Below are positions 46,234 to 54,872 of a stretch of 64,000 nt of DNA, piece after piece (the stretch's first letter is position 1; each line of letters starts with the position of its first letter). The DNA is from Actinomycetota bacterium (GTDB lineage Bacteria > Actinomycetota > Actinomycetes > S36-B12 > UBA10799), in NCBI GenBank assembly GCA_020636995.1, contig JACJWU010000003.1:153108-217107 (forward strand). Reading direction: 5' to 3'. Position numbers and translations under genes: made by a program. A model generated the notes under the pieces. That model did no database searches and was not told the origin of the DNA. It saw only the letters and a program-made list of their open reading frames with translations.

Positions 46234-46482
46234 ATGTGCGTGGTGCCGAATCGCGACATGGACCCAACGCCCGAGTTTGGCCCGCAGAGGCGGGCTGCAG
46301 AGCATTGTCGGTCCAACGAAGCCGAGGCCGGGGCAATCCTCGCCGCGGCTGTCCTCCCGGTCAGAGAAGGCCTATTCACAGCACTCCACAAGTCGTTCGC
46401 TGACCTTGGTGGAGGGGAGCTCGAACTGCCGCCCCGGACCCCGGATGGCGCTCGCCGTATCGGCAAGGACCGGTCCCCTTGA
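46234..46482 (+). CDS. Ribbon-helix-helix antitoxin-like ORF (FitA/VapB-like), possibly degenerate, with no cognate toxin
   Basis: RRAAEHCRSNEAEAGAILAAAV followed by GGGELELPPRTP resembles RHH antitoxins. A GGAGAGG sequence lies 9 nt upstream of the ATG. Confidence 0.4.
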   Translation: MCVVPNRDMDPTPEFGPQRRAAEHCRSNEAEAGAILAAAVLPVREGLFTALHKSFADLGGGELELPPRTPDGARRIGKDRSP

Positions 46483-46510
46483 TCCCGCTCTCCAAGCTGC
46501 TCGAACCGCG

Positions 46511-46533
46511 GTTCGTTGCACGTTCGTTGCACG
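46511..46533 (+). repeat. Candidate integrase arm-type site (right)
   Basis: GTTCGTTGCAC GTTCGTTGCAC G. It shares an identical 19-mer with 28106-28124. Confidence 0.5.
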
Positions 46534-46597
46534 TGCTACTTCGGTCGCCTCTGAAAGTGCCCACGCCATAGGCATTTCCGCTTTCGCGACTGACAGA

Positions 46598-46642
46598 TTC
46601 CCAAGCTGACAGTGCGAGTTCGATTCTCGTCACCCGCTCCAC
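46598..46642 (+). repeat. attR core: a displaced 3' fragment of a tRNA-Gly
   Basis: 43/45 identity to 27956-28000. There is no tRNA 5' half upstream. Confidence 0.85.
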
Positions 46643-46645
46643 GAC

Positions 46646-46673
46646 GAAGACCCCCAAGGCTTTGGGGGTCTTC
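46646..46673 (+). terminator. Hairpin after the tRNA fragment
   Basis: GAAGACCCCCAA-GGCT-TTGGGGGTCTTC is a perfect 12-bp stem. Confidence 0.6.
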
Positions 46674-46914
46674 GTCATGGATGTTGGATTGCACGGCGAG
46701 AATCGGGAGGAGCGTCCCGAAGGGGCGCGACGGCTCTCGTCACCCGCTCCAACGCTGACCGCCACCAGCAGATTGCAGAACCGACCAGAAACTGGCCCGA
46801 AACGCAATCTGCCCCGGCAGCGCCCAACAGCCAGTGCGCCGGCAGGGCCGAACTACCGATCCTCTGTACGTGCGTGGACTTACCGGAGCCCCTTTCCGCG
46901 GGTACCCATGCCCG

Positions 46915-48768
46915 ATGAAGGTCTTCCTCAGCGCCGCCCTGCTTCTGAGCTCCATGACGCTGGGCGCCGCCGGGCCCGCCGGTGCGGACGGCGTCTGGAG
47001 GGATCCGGTTGATATCTCCCCAGCAGCGCGCGACGGGTCCTCTCCACAGATCACCAGTTCGGCTGACGGCAAACGGCTCACGAGCGTCTGGATCAGCAAC
47101 GACGGTGTCCAGGACCGCGCCACCGGTGCCGTCAGTTCCGACCATGGGGAGACGTGGTCGCAGGGGGTCCCTCTCAACTCCATCACGGGAAACTCCACTG
47201 GCGTCAAGTTGGCCGGCTCGCAGGACGGCAGGCGGGCTGTCGCGACGTTCGTCGACTTCGAGGAGGGCGTCAACAAGAAGATCGTCCGATCGGCCACCCT
47301 CACCGACGGCGTGTGGGCAGCACCCGTTGACGTATCGGCGTTGGCGTCCTCGGCCGGCAGTCCCTCACCGACCGTTGCGATGACACCGGATGGCCAGAAG
47401 GTGGTGGGGTTGTTCGCACAGTTCCAAGGCCCGTTGCACCAGATCCAGGCACGTACGTCGACGAACTCCGGCGCCACGTACGCCCCACCCGTCCCGGTGG
47501 CCGCGAACGTGACGGCGCCAAGCGACCTGGGGGTGGTGTCCTCCTCCGACGGGCAGCGCCTCGCGGCGGTGTGGGAGGAGGAGATCGCCGGAGTCGACAC
47601 CGTTCGCGCCTCGTTCTCCAACAACGCCGGGGGGACGTGGTCGTCTCCGGATACCCTGTCCAGTCCCACCCGCATCTCGAGCAATCCCGATCTGTTGATG
47701 AATGCCGACGGTTCCCGCGTCGTGGCGGTGTGGCAGGAGTTCGTCAGCTCCGGCCAGACACTGATCCAGACGCGCACACTGGCCGGCGGCATCTGGGCGC
47801 CTTCCGTGCGCCTCTCGCCGGTGGGCCAGAGCAGCAACAACCCGCGGATCAGCGGGGCCGCAGACGGCTCGCGAACCACGGTCGTCTGGGCGAACGAGAC
47901 GGTCCTCGGCGTGCAGAGCGCACACGCTGTGGGGGACACATGGGCGGGCCCCGGAGCGGTATCGGAGCCGGGACCAGCCGTCTTCACACCCGATGTCGCG
48001 AGCAGCACCGACGGCCTGCGGGTTTCGGCGGTGTGGAACAAGTCCAACACGCAGATCCTGAGCTCTGAGAGTGACGATGGCGGCGCCACGTGGGTCTCCA
48101 CGGTCAGCACCTCGGCAGCTGCAGCGGGTACTGGCAGCCCGCGCATCGCTGCAGCCGCCAGCGGATTCCGGTTCGCAGCGGTATGGGTCCGCCCAGACGG
48201 GACGAACAGCCGGATCCAGGCCGGAACCTACTTCGAGGCCCGGAGTCAGGACATCACCTTCTCGCAACCGGGCGATCTGACGGTGGGCGCCTCCGCGACC
48301 CTGACAGCGACGGCGACCTCCGGGTTACCCGTAACCCTGACCACCACGACCCCCGCGGTGTGCGCGGTCGCAGGCAACCAACTCACGGCCCTCGCGGCCG
48401 GCACCTGCTCGATCGTCGCCAGCCAACCGGGCGACGTCGACTTCCTCGCGGCTGCCGACGTGACGCGCACCGTGGCCACAGTCCGCGGACAACAACGCCT
48501 CGCCTGCGCCAAGACTCCCCCGGCCAGACTCAAGAAGCGCGGCAAGACCGTGGTGCTGCCGAAGAACTGCCGTACCGATGCCGGTCAACGGGTCACGGTG
48601 AAGGTGGACGGCACACGCAAGTCGCTACGCAACGTCAAGGTGATCAAGAAGGCGGGCGGGACGACGGTGCGCACCTTCGGCACGAAGGTCCGTCTGAAGT
48701 TGACGTATCGGGCTTCTGAAACCGGCGCGGTAGAGGCGTTGCGACAGGTGCGCCGCGTCCGTAACTGA
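46915..48768 (+). CDS. Secreted BNR/Asp-box repeat protein (sialidase-like beta-propeller) with a C-terminal Ig-like and basic region
   Basis: Signal peptide MKVFLSAALLLSSMTLGAAGPAGA. Asp-boxes SSDHGETWS, STNSGATYA, SNNAGGTWS and SDDGGATWV. Confidence 0.8.
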   Translation: MKVFLSAALLLSSMTLGAAGPAGADGVWRDPVDISPAARDGSSPQITSSADGKRLTSVWISNDGVQDRATGAVSSDHGETWSQGVPLNSITGNSTGVKLAGSQDGRRAVATFVDFEEGVNKKIVRSATLTDGVWAAPVDVSALASSAGSPSPTVAMTPDGQKVVGLFAQFQGPLHQIQARTSTNSGATYAPPVPVAANVTAPSDLGVVSSSDGQRLAAVWEEEIAGVDTVRASFSNNAGGTWSSPDTLSSPTRISSNPDLLMNADGSRVVAVWQEFVSSGQTLIQTRTLAGGIWAPSVRLSPVGQSSNNPRISGAADGSRTTVVWANETVLGVQSAHAVGDTWAGPGAVSEPGPAVFTPDVASSTDGLRVSAVWNKSNTQILSSESDDGGATWVSTVSTSAAAAGTGSPRIAAAASGFRFAAVWVRPDGTNSRIQAGTYFEARSQDITFSQPGDLTVGASATLTATATSGLPVTLTTTTPAVCAVAGNQLTALAAGTCSIVASQPGDVDFLAAADVTRTVATVRGQQRLACAKTPPARLKKRGKTVVLPKNCRTDAGQRVTVKVDGTRKSLRNVKVIKKAGGTTVRTFGTKVRLKLTYRASETGAVEALRQVRRVRN

Positions 48769-48772
48769 CTTG

Positions 48773-49213
48773 TCAGCTGGATTCGACGGCCGAGCAGTAG
48801 TCGAGCAACTCCGGCGGCAAGCCTGCGCTGGCGGTTCCACACACCTCGTCGGAGGTCGAGACGTCCCAGGTGTCGCCGCTGGCCTGCAGGAAGAAGACCG
48901 TGGGACCGGGCTGGACCTCGACGGCGGCCCACTGCGTACCGGACACATCTGCACAGTTGAACTTGACCATCTCGGAGCCCTCGGGGATGGCGGCGAGGAT
49001 GGCCTCCTCCGTGCACAGATCGCCCGTCGTGGGCGAGGCCGTCGGGGTGGTCTCGGTCTCGGTGGGGGTCGGCGAAGCGACCGGCGATGCGGCGGTCTGG
49101 GTCGGGGTCGGGGTCGACTCCGACGTCGACGAGGAACTCGAGCATCCGGCCAGCGCCGCGATGGACAGTCCGGCGACCAGGGCGACGGCGTGAGTCGAGC
49201 GCAGGCTGGGCAT
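48773..49213 (-). CDS. Lipoprotein, unknown function
   Basis: Lipobox LAGC after a signal sequence, followed by a Ser/Thr/Pro-rich linker. Confidence 0.65.
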   Translation of the reverse strand: MPSLRSTHAVALVAGLSIAALAGCSSSSSTSESTPTPTQTAASPVASPTPTETETTPTASPTTGDLCTEEAILAAIPEGSEMVKFNCADVSGTQWAAVEVQPGPTVFFLQASGDTWDVSTSDEVCGTASAGLPPELLDYCSAVESS

Positions 49214-49281
49214 GGCGATCTCCTTCTGGTTGGGCTTGGTCCATCATTCCGGCAGAGGGCGCCGGGGTGGCGGAGGCGCGC

Positions 49282-50160
49282 TCAGCTCCCGGGAACCAGA
49301 ACCGCCCGGCTCTCGGTCTGCGTGGCCATGGCCATCTCCGGAAGCGAGTCGGTCTGGTCATCGGTCCGGCCGCGCGGGGTGAGGTAGTCCTCGAGTCGGC
49401 CCACTTCGAAGCCCTGCCTACGGATGTCTTTGACCGCCCTGCGCAGCGCCGGGACCAGACCTTCGCGGAAGTGGGTGAGGATGATGTCGCCCGGCTCGAG
49501 TCCGGCCTGCTTCGTCTGGTACTCCAGCCGCTTTCCCGGCAAGCTAACCGACCAGTGCACCACCCAGTCCAACCCACAACGCCCCGCCGCCGCCAGCGTC
49601 GAGGCGTTGTAGGCGCCATACGGCGGGCGCAGCATCCAGGGCACCTGCCCGGCCTGCTCGACGATGTCCTCGTTGGCGTCGCAGATCTCGGACTGCGGGT
49701 TCGCCATCTTCGGAAGTGCGGTGTGCGTGACCGTGTGGTTCTGGATCGATCCCACCGGCTCCAAGCCCTTCCAGTAGGGCCAGCTGACGATCGTGCCGGT
49801 GGTGAGGAACGCGGTGATCGGGATGCGCTCGTCGGTGAGGAACGCCAGCAGTTCGGGATCCTCGTACAGACCGTCGTCGATCGTGATGAAGACGACCTTG
49901 TCCTCGGTGTCGACGGAATGGACCACCTGCGCCGGTCCGCGGCTCTTCAACCCGGACGCGGTGGGGCGCGGCGACGGCTCCTGAGTCACGGCGACCTGCT
50001 CCATCGAGGGTTCCTCAGGGGCGGAAGCCTGCGTTGCGCATCCCGTCAGGAGCATGGCTCCGGCCAGCGTCGGCAGGAGGAGGCGGCTTCCCACCCACGC
50101 ACCGTAACCCGATGATCGCGTACTTCGGCGCAGACACTTCCACCGGCGGCCCGCAGTCAT
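49282..50160 (-). CDS. Polysaccharide deacetylase (NodB homology) lipoprotein
   Basis: FITIDDG, HTVTHT and PPYGAYN motifs. LLTGC lipobox. Confidence 0.8.
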   Translation of the reverse strand: MTAGRRWKCLRRSTRSSGYGAWVGSRLLLPTLAGAMLLTGCATQASAPEEPSMEQVAVTQEPSPRPTASGLKSRGPAQVVHSVDTEDKVVFITIDDGLYEDPELLAFLTDERIPITAFLTTGTIVSWPYWKGLEPVGSIQNHTVTHTALPKMANPQSEICDANEDIVEQAGQVPWMLRPPYGAYNASTLAAAGRCGLDWVVHWSVSLPGKRLEYQTKQAGLEPGDIILTHFREGLVPALRRAVKDIRRQGFEVGRLEDYLTPRGRTDDQTDSLPEMAMATQTESRAVLVPGS

Positions 50161-50273
50161 CCGGTCGGGTATAGGGATCGGCCGGAAGGTGGAGAAGTCG
50201 GGTGAGGTTCTAGCCGCCAGAGGCCGGGACGCAGTACTCTCGGCAGGTCAATCGATCAGGTGAGGTGGGTTCC

Positions 50274-50972
50274 ATGACTCCCCGACGACTTCTCGCACCG
50301 GTGATCGCGGCCACCGTCGCAGTCACCGGCATCATCGCGATCCCGACCGGCGCGGCTTCGGCCGCGACGAAGTACAAGGCGTGCGCCAACAAGAAGACCG
50401 GCGAGATGCGCCTCGTGGTCAAGGGCAAGAAGTGCAAGAAGAACGAGAAGAAGCTCAAGTGGAACGTCAAGGGTCCGGCCGGTGGCACAGGCGCTACCGG
50501 TCCGCAGGGTCCTGTCGGAGAACGCGGCCCGGCCGGGGCATTCAACGCCGTCGACCAGACCGGAAAGGTGATCGGGCCGATCGTAGGCTTCTTCTCGGGC
50601 GTCTACCCGATGGTGCGCCTGTCCAGTGGCGCCATCCTTGTTTGGGACGGCAACCCGTCGAACGCGAACCCGCTTCCATTCGTTGCTCCTGAGGTGTTCT
50701 ACCGTCAGGCCGGCTGCTCCGGGGACGCCTACGGCCTGTACTCGCCTGGCTTGCCGTTCGATCTCGGCATCGTCATCGGCTCACCGCCCGCGCCCGGCTC
50801 CCCGATCTACCGCCTGCAGCCAGGTACCCCACAGTCGTTCACGGCACTCTCGACCCTTACCCCGGCCGGTTGCCAGGCAACTTCATCGGCCATCTCCATG
50901 GCGTACATCGCCAAACCTGCCGGGAGTGTGCCGACGGTAGCCCAGCCGTTCTACATCGAGCCGCAGTCGTAG
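50274..50972 (+). CDS. Secreted protein with a Lys-rich Cys pair and a short Gly-X-Y stretch
   Basis: Signal peptide, then KACANKKTGEMRLVVKGKKCKK, then GPAGGTGATGPQGPVGERGPAG. A GGTGAGG Shine-Dalgarno sequence lies 8 nt upstream of the ATG at 50274. Confidence 0.65.
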   Translation: MTPRRLLAPVIAATVAVTGIIAIPTGAASAATKYKACANKKTGEMRLVVKGKKCKKNEKKLKWNVKGPAGGTGATGPQGPVGERGPAGAFNAVDQTGKVIGPIVGFFSGVYPMVRLSSGAILVWDGNPSNANPLPFVAPEVFYRQAGCSGDAYGLYSPGLPFDLGIVIGSPPAPGSPIYRLQPGTPQSFTALSTLTPAGCQATSSAISMAYIAKPAGSVPTVAQPFYIEPQS

Positions 50973-51025
50973 GGCGGCCAGCCTCCGCTGGCGCAAACCC
51001 TCCACCCGAACGCGACCGCCTGCCC

Positions 51026-52060
51026 TCATCGCGGGATGAGCGCCCACATGTCGAGGTCCAGCAGCACGCCCGGCGCGTACTTGCCGTCCTCACCGCGCAG
51101 CGTCATCGACTCGTCGCGGCCCTTGGTGGCCACCAGGCGCAACCGCAGAGCACCGACGCTTGGCTCAGGTGTCTCGGCCTTGTCGAGCACCTCCGACCAG
51201 GCGTAGACGGTGTCGCCGGCGAAAGCGGGCGAGGTGTGGGCACCGGCGTTGATCGCCGCGATCAGTTGCGCGTTCGCCAGGCCGTTGAAGGACAACGCCC
51301 GCGCCATGGAAATGATGTGCCCGCCGTAGATGAGTCGTTTGCCGTCCGGTCGCGCCTCGGTGTTGAAGTGCACCTTCGCGGTGTTCTGCCACAGGCGGGT
51401 CGCGAGCATGTGCTCAGGGTCGGTGAGGGTCACGCCGTCGACGTGGTCGATCTTCTCCCCGACCTCGTAGTCGTCGAAGCGGTGGGGCTCCCCGGCGGCA
51501 ACCGTGTCGTAGCCGCTGAAGTCGAGACCACTCGGCAGCACGAGATACGCCGGGTCCACGACCTTGGCCAGATCCGGGATGACCGTCTCGGGGGCGGCCG
51601 CCTCGGGATCGCGCTTGTGCACCATGACCCAGCGCGCCCATTCGATGGCGGTCTCGCCGCGCTGGTTGGTCGCCACCGAGCGGACGTAGACGACGCCGCT
51701 CTTGCCGTTGGAGTTCTCCTTGAGTCCGATCACGGTCGAAGACGTGCGCAGGGTGTCGCCCGGAACGACGGGTTGGTGGAACCGGCACTCGGCGTAGCCG
51801 AGGTTCGCCACCGCGTTCAGCGAGATGTCGGGGACGGTCTTGCCGAACGCGATGTGGAAGCCGACCAGTTCCTCGACGGGATGTGGCACCAGGCCGATGT
51901 CACCGGCGAAGGTCGCCGAGGACGGGATCGCGAATCGCGTGGGGTACAGCGCGCCGTACACAGCGCGGTCTCCTTCGGTGACGGTGCGCGGCGTGGCGTG
52001 CTCGATCACCTGTCCGATTTCGAAGTCTTCGAAGAAGTTGCCGGGGTTCGTCTTGCTCAT
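51026..52060 (-). CDS. MaoC-family double-hotdog hydratase (mesaconyl-CoA hydratase-like)
   Basis: A 344-aa protein beginning MSKTNPGNFFEDFEIGQ, with two hotdog-length halves. Confidence 0.7.
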   Translation of the reverse strand: MSKTNPGNFFEDFEIGQVIEHATPRTVTEGDRAVYGALYPTRFAIPSSATFAGDIGLVPHPVEELVGFHIAFGKTVPDISLNAVANLGYAECRFHQPVVPGDTLRTSSTVIGLKENSNGKSGVVYVRSVATNQRGETAIEWARWVMVHKRDPEAAAPETVIPDLAKVVDPAYLVLPSGLDFSGYDTVAAGEPHRFDDYEVGEKIDHVDGVTLTDPEHMLATRLWQNTAKVHFNTEARPDGKRLIYGGHIISMARALSFNGLANAQLIAAINAGAHTSPAFAGDTVYAWSEVLDKAETPEPSVGALRLRLVATKGRDESMTLRGEDGKYAPGVLLDLDMWALIPR

Positions 52061-52125
52061 GGTCCGAAACTACTCCCGAGCTCGCGCAGACCCTGACGGG
52101 CCTCCGTCGAGGCGGGGGCGTGCGA

Positions 52126-54342
52126 CTATCGGGCCGTCAGCGTCACCGGCACCGCGTTGAGCACGGCCGTCCCCGACAGCGGGTCCATGCCCGTCGCCGG
52201 GGTCAGCACATTCACGTTCGGTCCCCGGGTGGCATCCGCGGTCCAGGCATCCGCCTGCGACCATCCGTGCGGCAGGCAGACGACGCCGGGCCGCACCGCA
52301 TCGGTCACCTCCACGACCACCTCCACCGAACCGCTGTCCGACGTGAGAACAGCCACCGCCTTCGCACCGACGCCGGCCCGTTCAGCATCGTCGGGATGGA
52401 CCTGCAGCGTTGCCCGGCTCGAACCGCCGGCAAGCCGGGGAAGCGTTCGCAGCCACGAGTTGTTGGTGCGCAGCTGCCGGCGGCCCACGAGCGCGAGGTC
52501 GGGCACCGAGACCCGGGGCAGCGCGTCAACCAGCCGCGCGATCTCATCCACGATCGGCTCGGGGAACACCTCGATGCGACCGGTCGGGGTACGTAGAACC
52601 TCCGGCATACGCGCGGTGAGCGGACCGAGATCAACGCCTGCGGGAGCCGCCTCGAGCGCCGCGAGGTCGAGGTCGGCGTAGGGCCCGCCGCGCAGTGAGA
52701 GATCCAGCAATCGCGGCACCCCGCGGCGGGGCGCGACCGCAGCCAGCAGTTCGGCCGGATCACCCACCCGGCGAGCCACCTCGAAGGCGACCAGGTCGTC
52801 CATCTGCTCGACCGTCGGCTCGGGCACTCCGTTCACGACGGATGCTGCAATGGCGGCCAGCCGCAACAGGGTCTCGCCCTCGTCCCGCTCCGTCTCGCCG
52901 AGGGGGAACACCGCAGGAGACCAGCGGGCCGTGTTGCGCACGGCCAGCGAGGCGAACACCACGTCGTAGTGGTCGCGGGCCAGCGGAGAGGGCGCGGGCA
53001 GGATGACATCGGCGTGCCGCGAGGTCTCGGTGACGTACGCGTCGAGGCAGATCAGCAGGTCCAACTCGCCGAGCGCTAGCTCGAGGCGGTCAGCGTCCGG
53101 TGTCGAGACCACAGGGTTCCCCGCCACCGTGATCAGGGCCCGCACCCGTTCACCGGTGTCGGGATCAGGGGTGTCGATCTCCTCGGCGAGGGCAGCCACC
53201 GGGAACTCCCCCAACGCACTCGGCAACCCCCGCACACGCGTGCGCTGACTGCCCGGAATCCGTACGCCCCGCCCCCGGCCAGGTTCGCCGAACGTCGTCG
53301 GACCCCCCGCGGGCGGAAGGGGGAACATCACACCGCCCGGGCGATCCAGGTTGCCGGTGAGAAGGTTGAGCAGTGCGATGAGCCACGACGCGAGGGTGCC
53401 GAACGATGTCGGTTCACCAGCGACGTTCAGCGCCGAGGTGGACGTGCCCATCCGCCCGTACACCGCCGCTGACTCCGCTGTCGCGACCTCGCGTGCCAGG
53501 GTCACGATGGCAGACGCGGACAGGCCCGTCGGGTCGCTGACCGCCTCGGGCGTGAACGCGGACAGCAGCTCGCCGACCCGGAAGACCTCCTCCTGCCGGA
53601 CCCAGGGCTCGGCTGCTCCCATGGTCACCAACCCCTCGGCGAACAGGACGTTGACCATCGCAGCCAGCAAGAGCACGTCGGTTCCCGGGCGGATCGCAAG
53701 GTGCTCGTCGGCGGCCGCTGCGGTGCGCGTGCGCACCGGATCGACCACGATCATGCGGCCCCCGCGTGCTCGAAGTGCCCGCACCCGACCGGGCATGTCC
53801 GGCACGGTCATCAGGGATCCGTTCGAGACCAGGGGATTCCCGCCGATCACGACGAACAGATCAGTGCGATCGATGTCCGGGACGGGCACCGACAACTCGG
53901 TCCCGTACATCAGGCCCAGCGCCACCTGCTGCGGCATCTGGTCTACCGTGCTGGCCGAGAAGCGATAGCGCGTGGCCAGTGCCCGCACCAGCGCCGGCAG
54001 GTAGAAGGTGCTTGTGACGTTGTGCGAGTTCGGGTTGCCCAGGTAGAGCGCAACCGCGTTCGGTCCGGACTCACCGATCACGGTCCGAAGGCCCTCGCGG
54101 ATCCGGTCGAAGGCCTCGTCCCAGGTCGCCTCCCGAAGCTCGCCGTCGACGCGGACCAACGGGGCTCGCAGCCGCGCCGGATCATGGTGCAGATCCCCGA
54201 TCGCGACACCCTTCGGGCAGACGAATCCTTTACTGAACACATCGTCTGCATCGCCACGCACCGACACGACACGGTCGCCGTCGAGGGTCAGTTCAAGACC
54301 ACAGGTCGCCTCGCACAAAGGGCAGACGTGGCGGACGGTCAT
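52126..54342 (-). CDS. Molybdopterin (bis-MGD) oxidoreductase
   Basis: N-terminal CPLCEATCGL followed by FVCPKG (an Fe-S motif). Length and sequence blocks are typical of the DMSO-reductase/formate-dehydrogenase superfamily. Confidence 0.85.
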   Translation of the reverse strand: MTVRHVCPLCEATCGLELTLDGDRVVSVRGDADDVFSKGFVCPKGVAIGDLHHDPARLRAPLVRVDGELREATWDEAFDRIREGLRTVIGESGPNAVALYLGNPNSHNVTSTFYLPALVRALATRYRFSASTVDQMPQQVALGLMYGTELSVPVPDIDRTDLFVVIGGNPLVSNGSLMTVPDMPGRVRALRARGGRMIVVDPVRTRTAAAADEHLAIRPGTDVLLLAAMVNVLFAEGLVTMGAAEPWVRQEEVFRVGELLSAFTPEAVSDPTGLSASAIVTLAREVATAESAAVYGRMGTSTSALNVAGEPTSFGTLASWLIALLNLLTGNLDRPGGVMFPLPPAGGPTTFGEPGRGRGVRIPGSQRTRVRGLPSALGEFPVAALAEEIDTPDPDTGERVRALITVAGNPVVSTPDADRLELALGELDLLICLDAYVTETSRHADVILPAPSPLARDHYDVVFASLAVRNTARWSPAVFPLGETERDEGETLLRLAAIAASVVNGVPEPTVEQMDDLVAFEVARRVGDPAELLAAVAPRRGVPRLLDLSLRGGPYADLDLAALEAAPAGVDLGPLTARMPEVLRTPTGRIEVFPEPIVDEIARLVDALPRVSVPDLALVGRRQLRTNNSWLRTLPRLAGGSSRATLQVHPDDAERAGVGAKAVAVLTSDSGSVEVVVEVTDAVRPGVVCLPHGWSQADAWTADATRGPNVNVLTPATGMDPLSGTAVLNAVPVTLTAR

Positions 54343-54836
54343 GAGCGGACCTGCACGTGGAAGGTGTGTCGCCAGGTGCCGTCCTTGCGGTGGATCGATT
54401 CACACCAGCCCCGGGCACCGTCATACTTCCCCGAGCCGCCGATCACGGGCCGGACGACCGATGTGCGCTCGGCCACCGTGGGTGCCTGCTGCTGGTAGAC
54501 CGCGACGCCACCGACGATCAACTGGTTGCGCGCCTTGCCGATCGAGAAGACCAGATCAGCGGTCCGGTACTCCTTGCCCGCGGACGGCACGCCGACCTCC
54601 GTGGTGAGCAAAGAGCCCGTCATGAACCCGATGCGCGTCGACTTCCCCGGCTTCGTGAGCTTCGCGTAGAAGGTGCGCAGATCGCCCGGGCTCGCAGTAC
54701 CGGGTGTGACCGGGTTCAGGTTCGCCGTCACCGCCGGATGGGCCACCTTGATCACGAGGTCGGAATCCGCGAAGGCTGGGGAGGCAGCCGCCCCGATGGA
54801 CAAGACGGTGATGGCGATCAGGAGGCGTCGGAGCAT
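54339..54836 (-). CDS. Secreted hypothetical protein (possibly dirigent/AOC-barrel-like)
   Basis: Signal peptide ending AFA. The stop overlaps the start of the molybdoenzyme gene. Confidence 0.55.
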   Translation of the reverse strand: MLRRLLIAITVLSIGAAASPAFADSDLVIKVAHPAVTANLNPVTPGTASPGDLRTFYAKLTKPGKSTRIGFMTGSLLTTEVGVPSAGKEYRTADLVFSIGKARNQLIVGGVAVYQQQAPTVAERTSVVRPVIGGSGKYDGARGWCESIHRKDGTWRHTFHVQVRS

Positions 54837-54872
54837 GGCCTGACTTTACGCGCGGGCCCACCTGGTGGCCAG

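Larger units (their letters stand above)
27956..46642 (+). mobile_element. tRNA-Gly-integrated genomic island (about 18.6 kb), probably immobilised
   Basis: A 45-nt direct repeat (43/45 identical) lies at 27956-28000 and 46598-46642. A tyrosine integrase gene is adjacent to the tRNA. Xis-like, DUF3631, MobC, IS110 and Fic genes lie inside. Confidence 0.8.

Noticed and set aside
46561-46642. A second tRNA-Gly gene.
   Set aside because: Only the anticodon-loop-to-3'-end portion is present. The upstream sequence cannot form the acceptor, D or anticodon stems. I interpret it as the displaced att half-site.
50437-50505. Collagen-like triple-helix domain.
   Set aside because: There are only about seven Gly-X-Y triplets. 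I noted this in the feature description, but it is too short to claim a collagen stalk or anything unusual.
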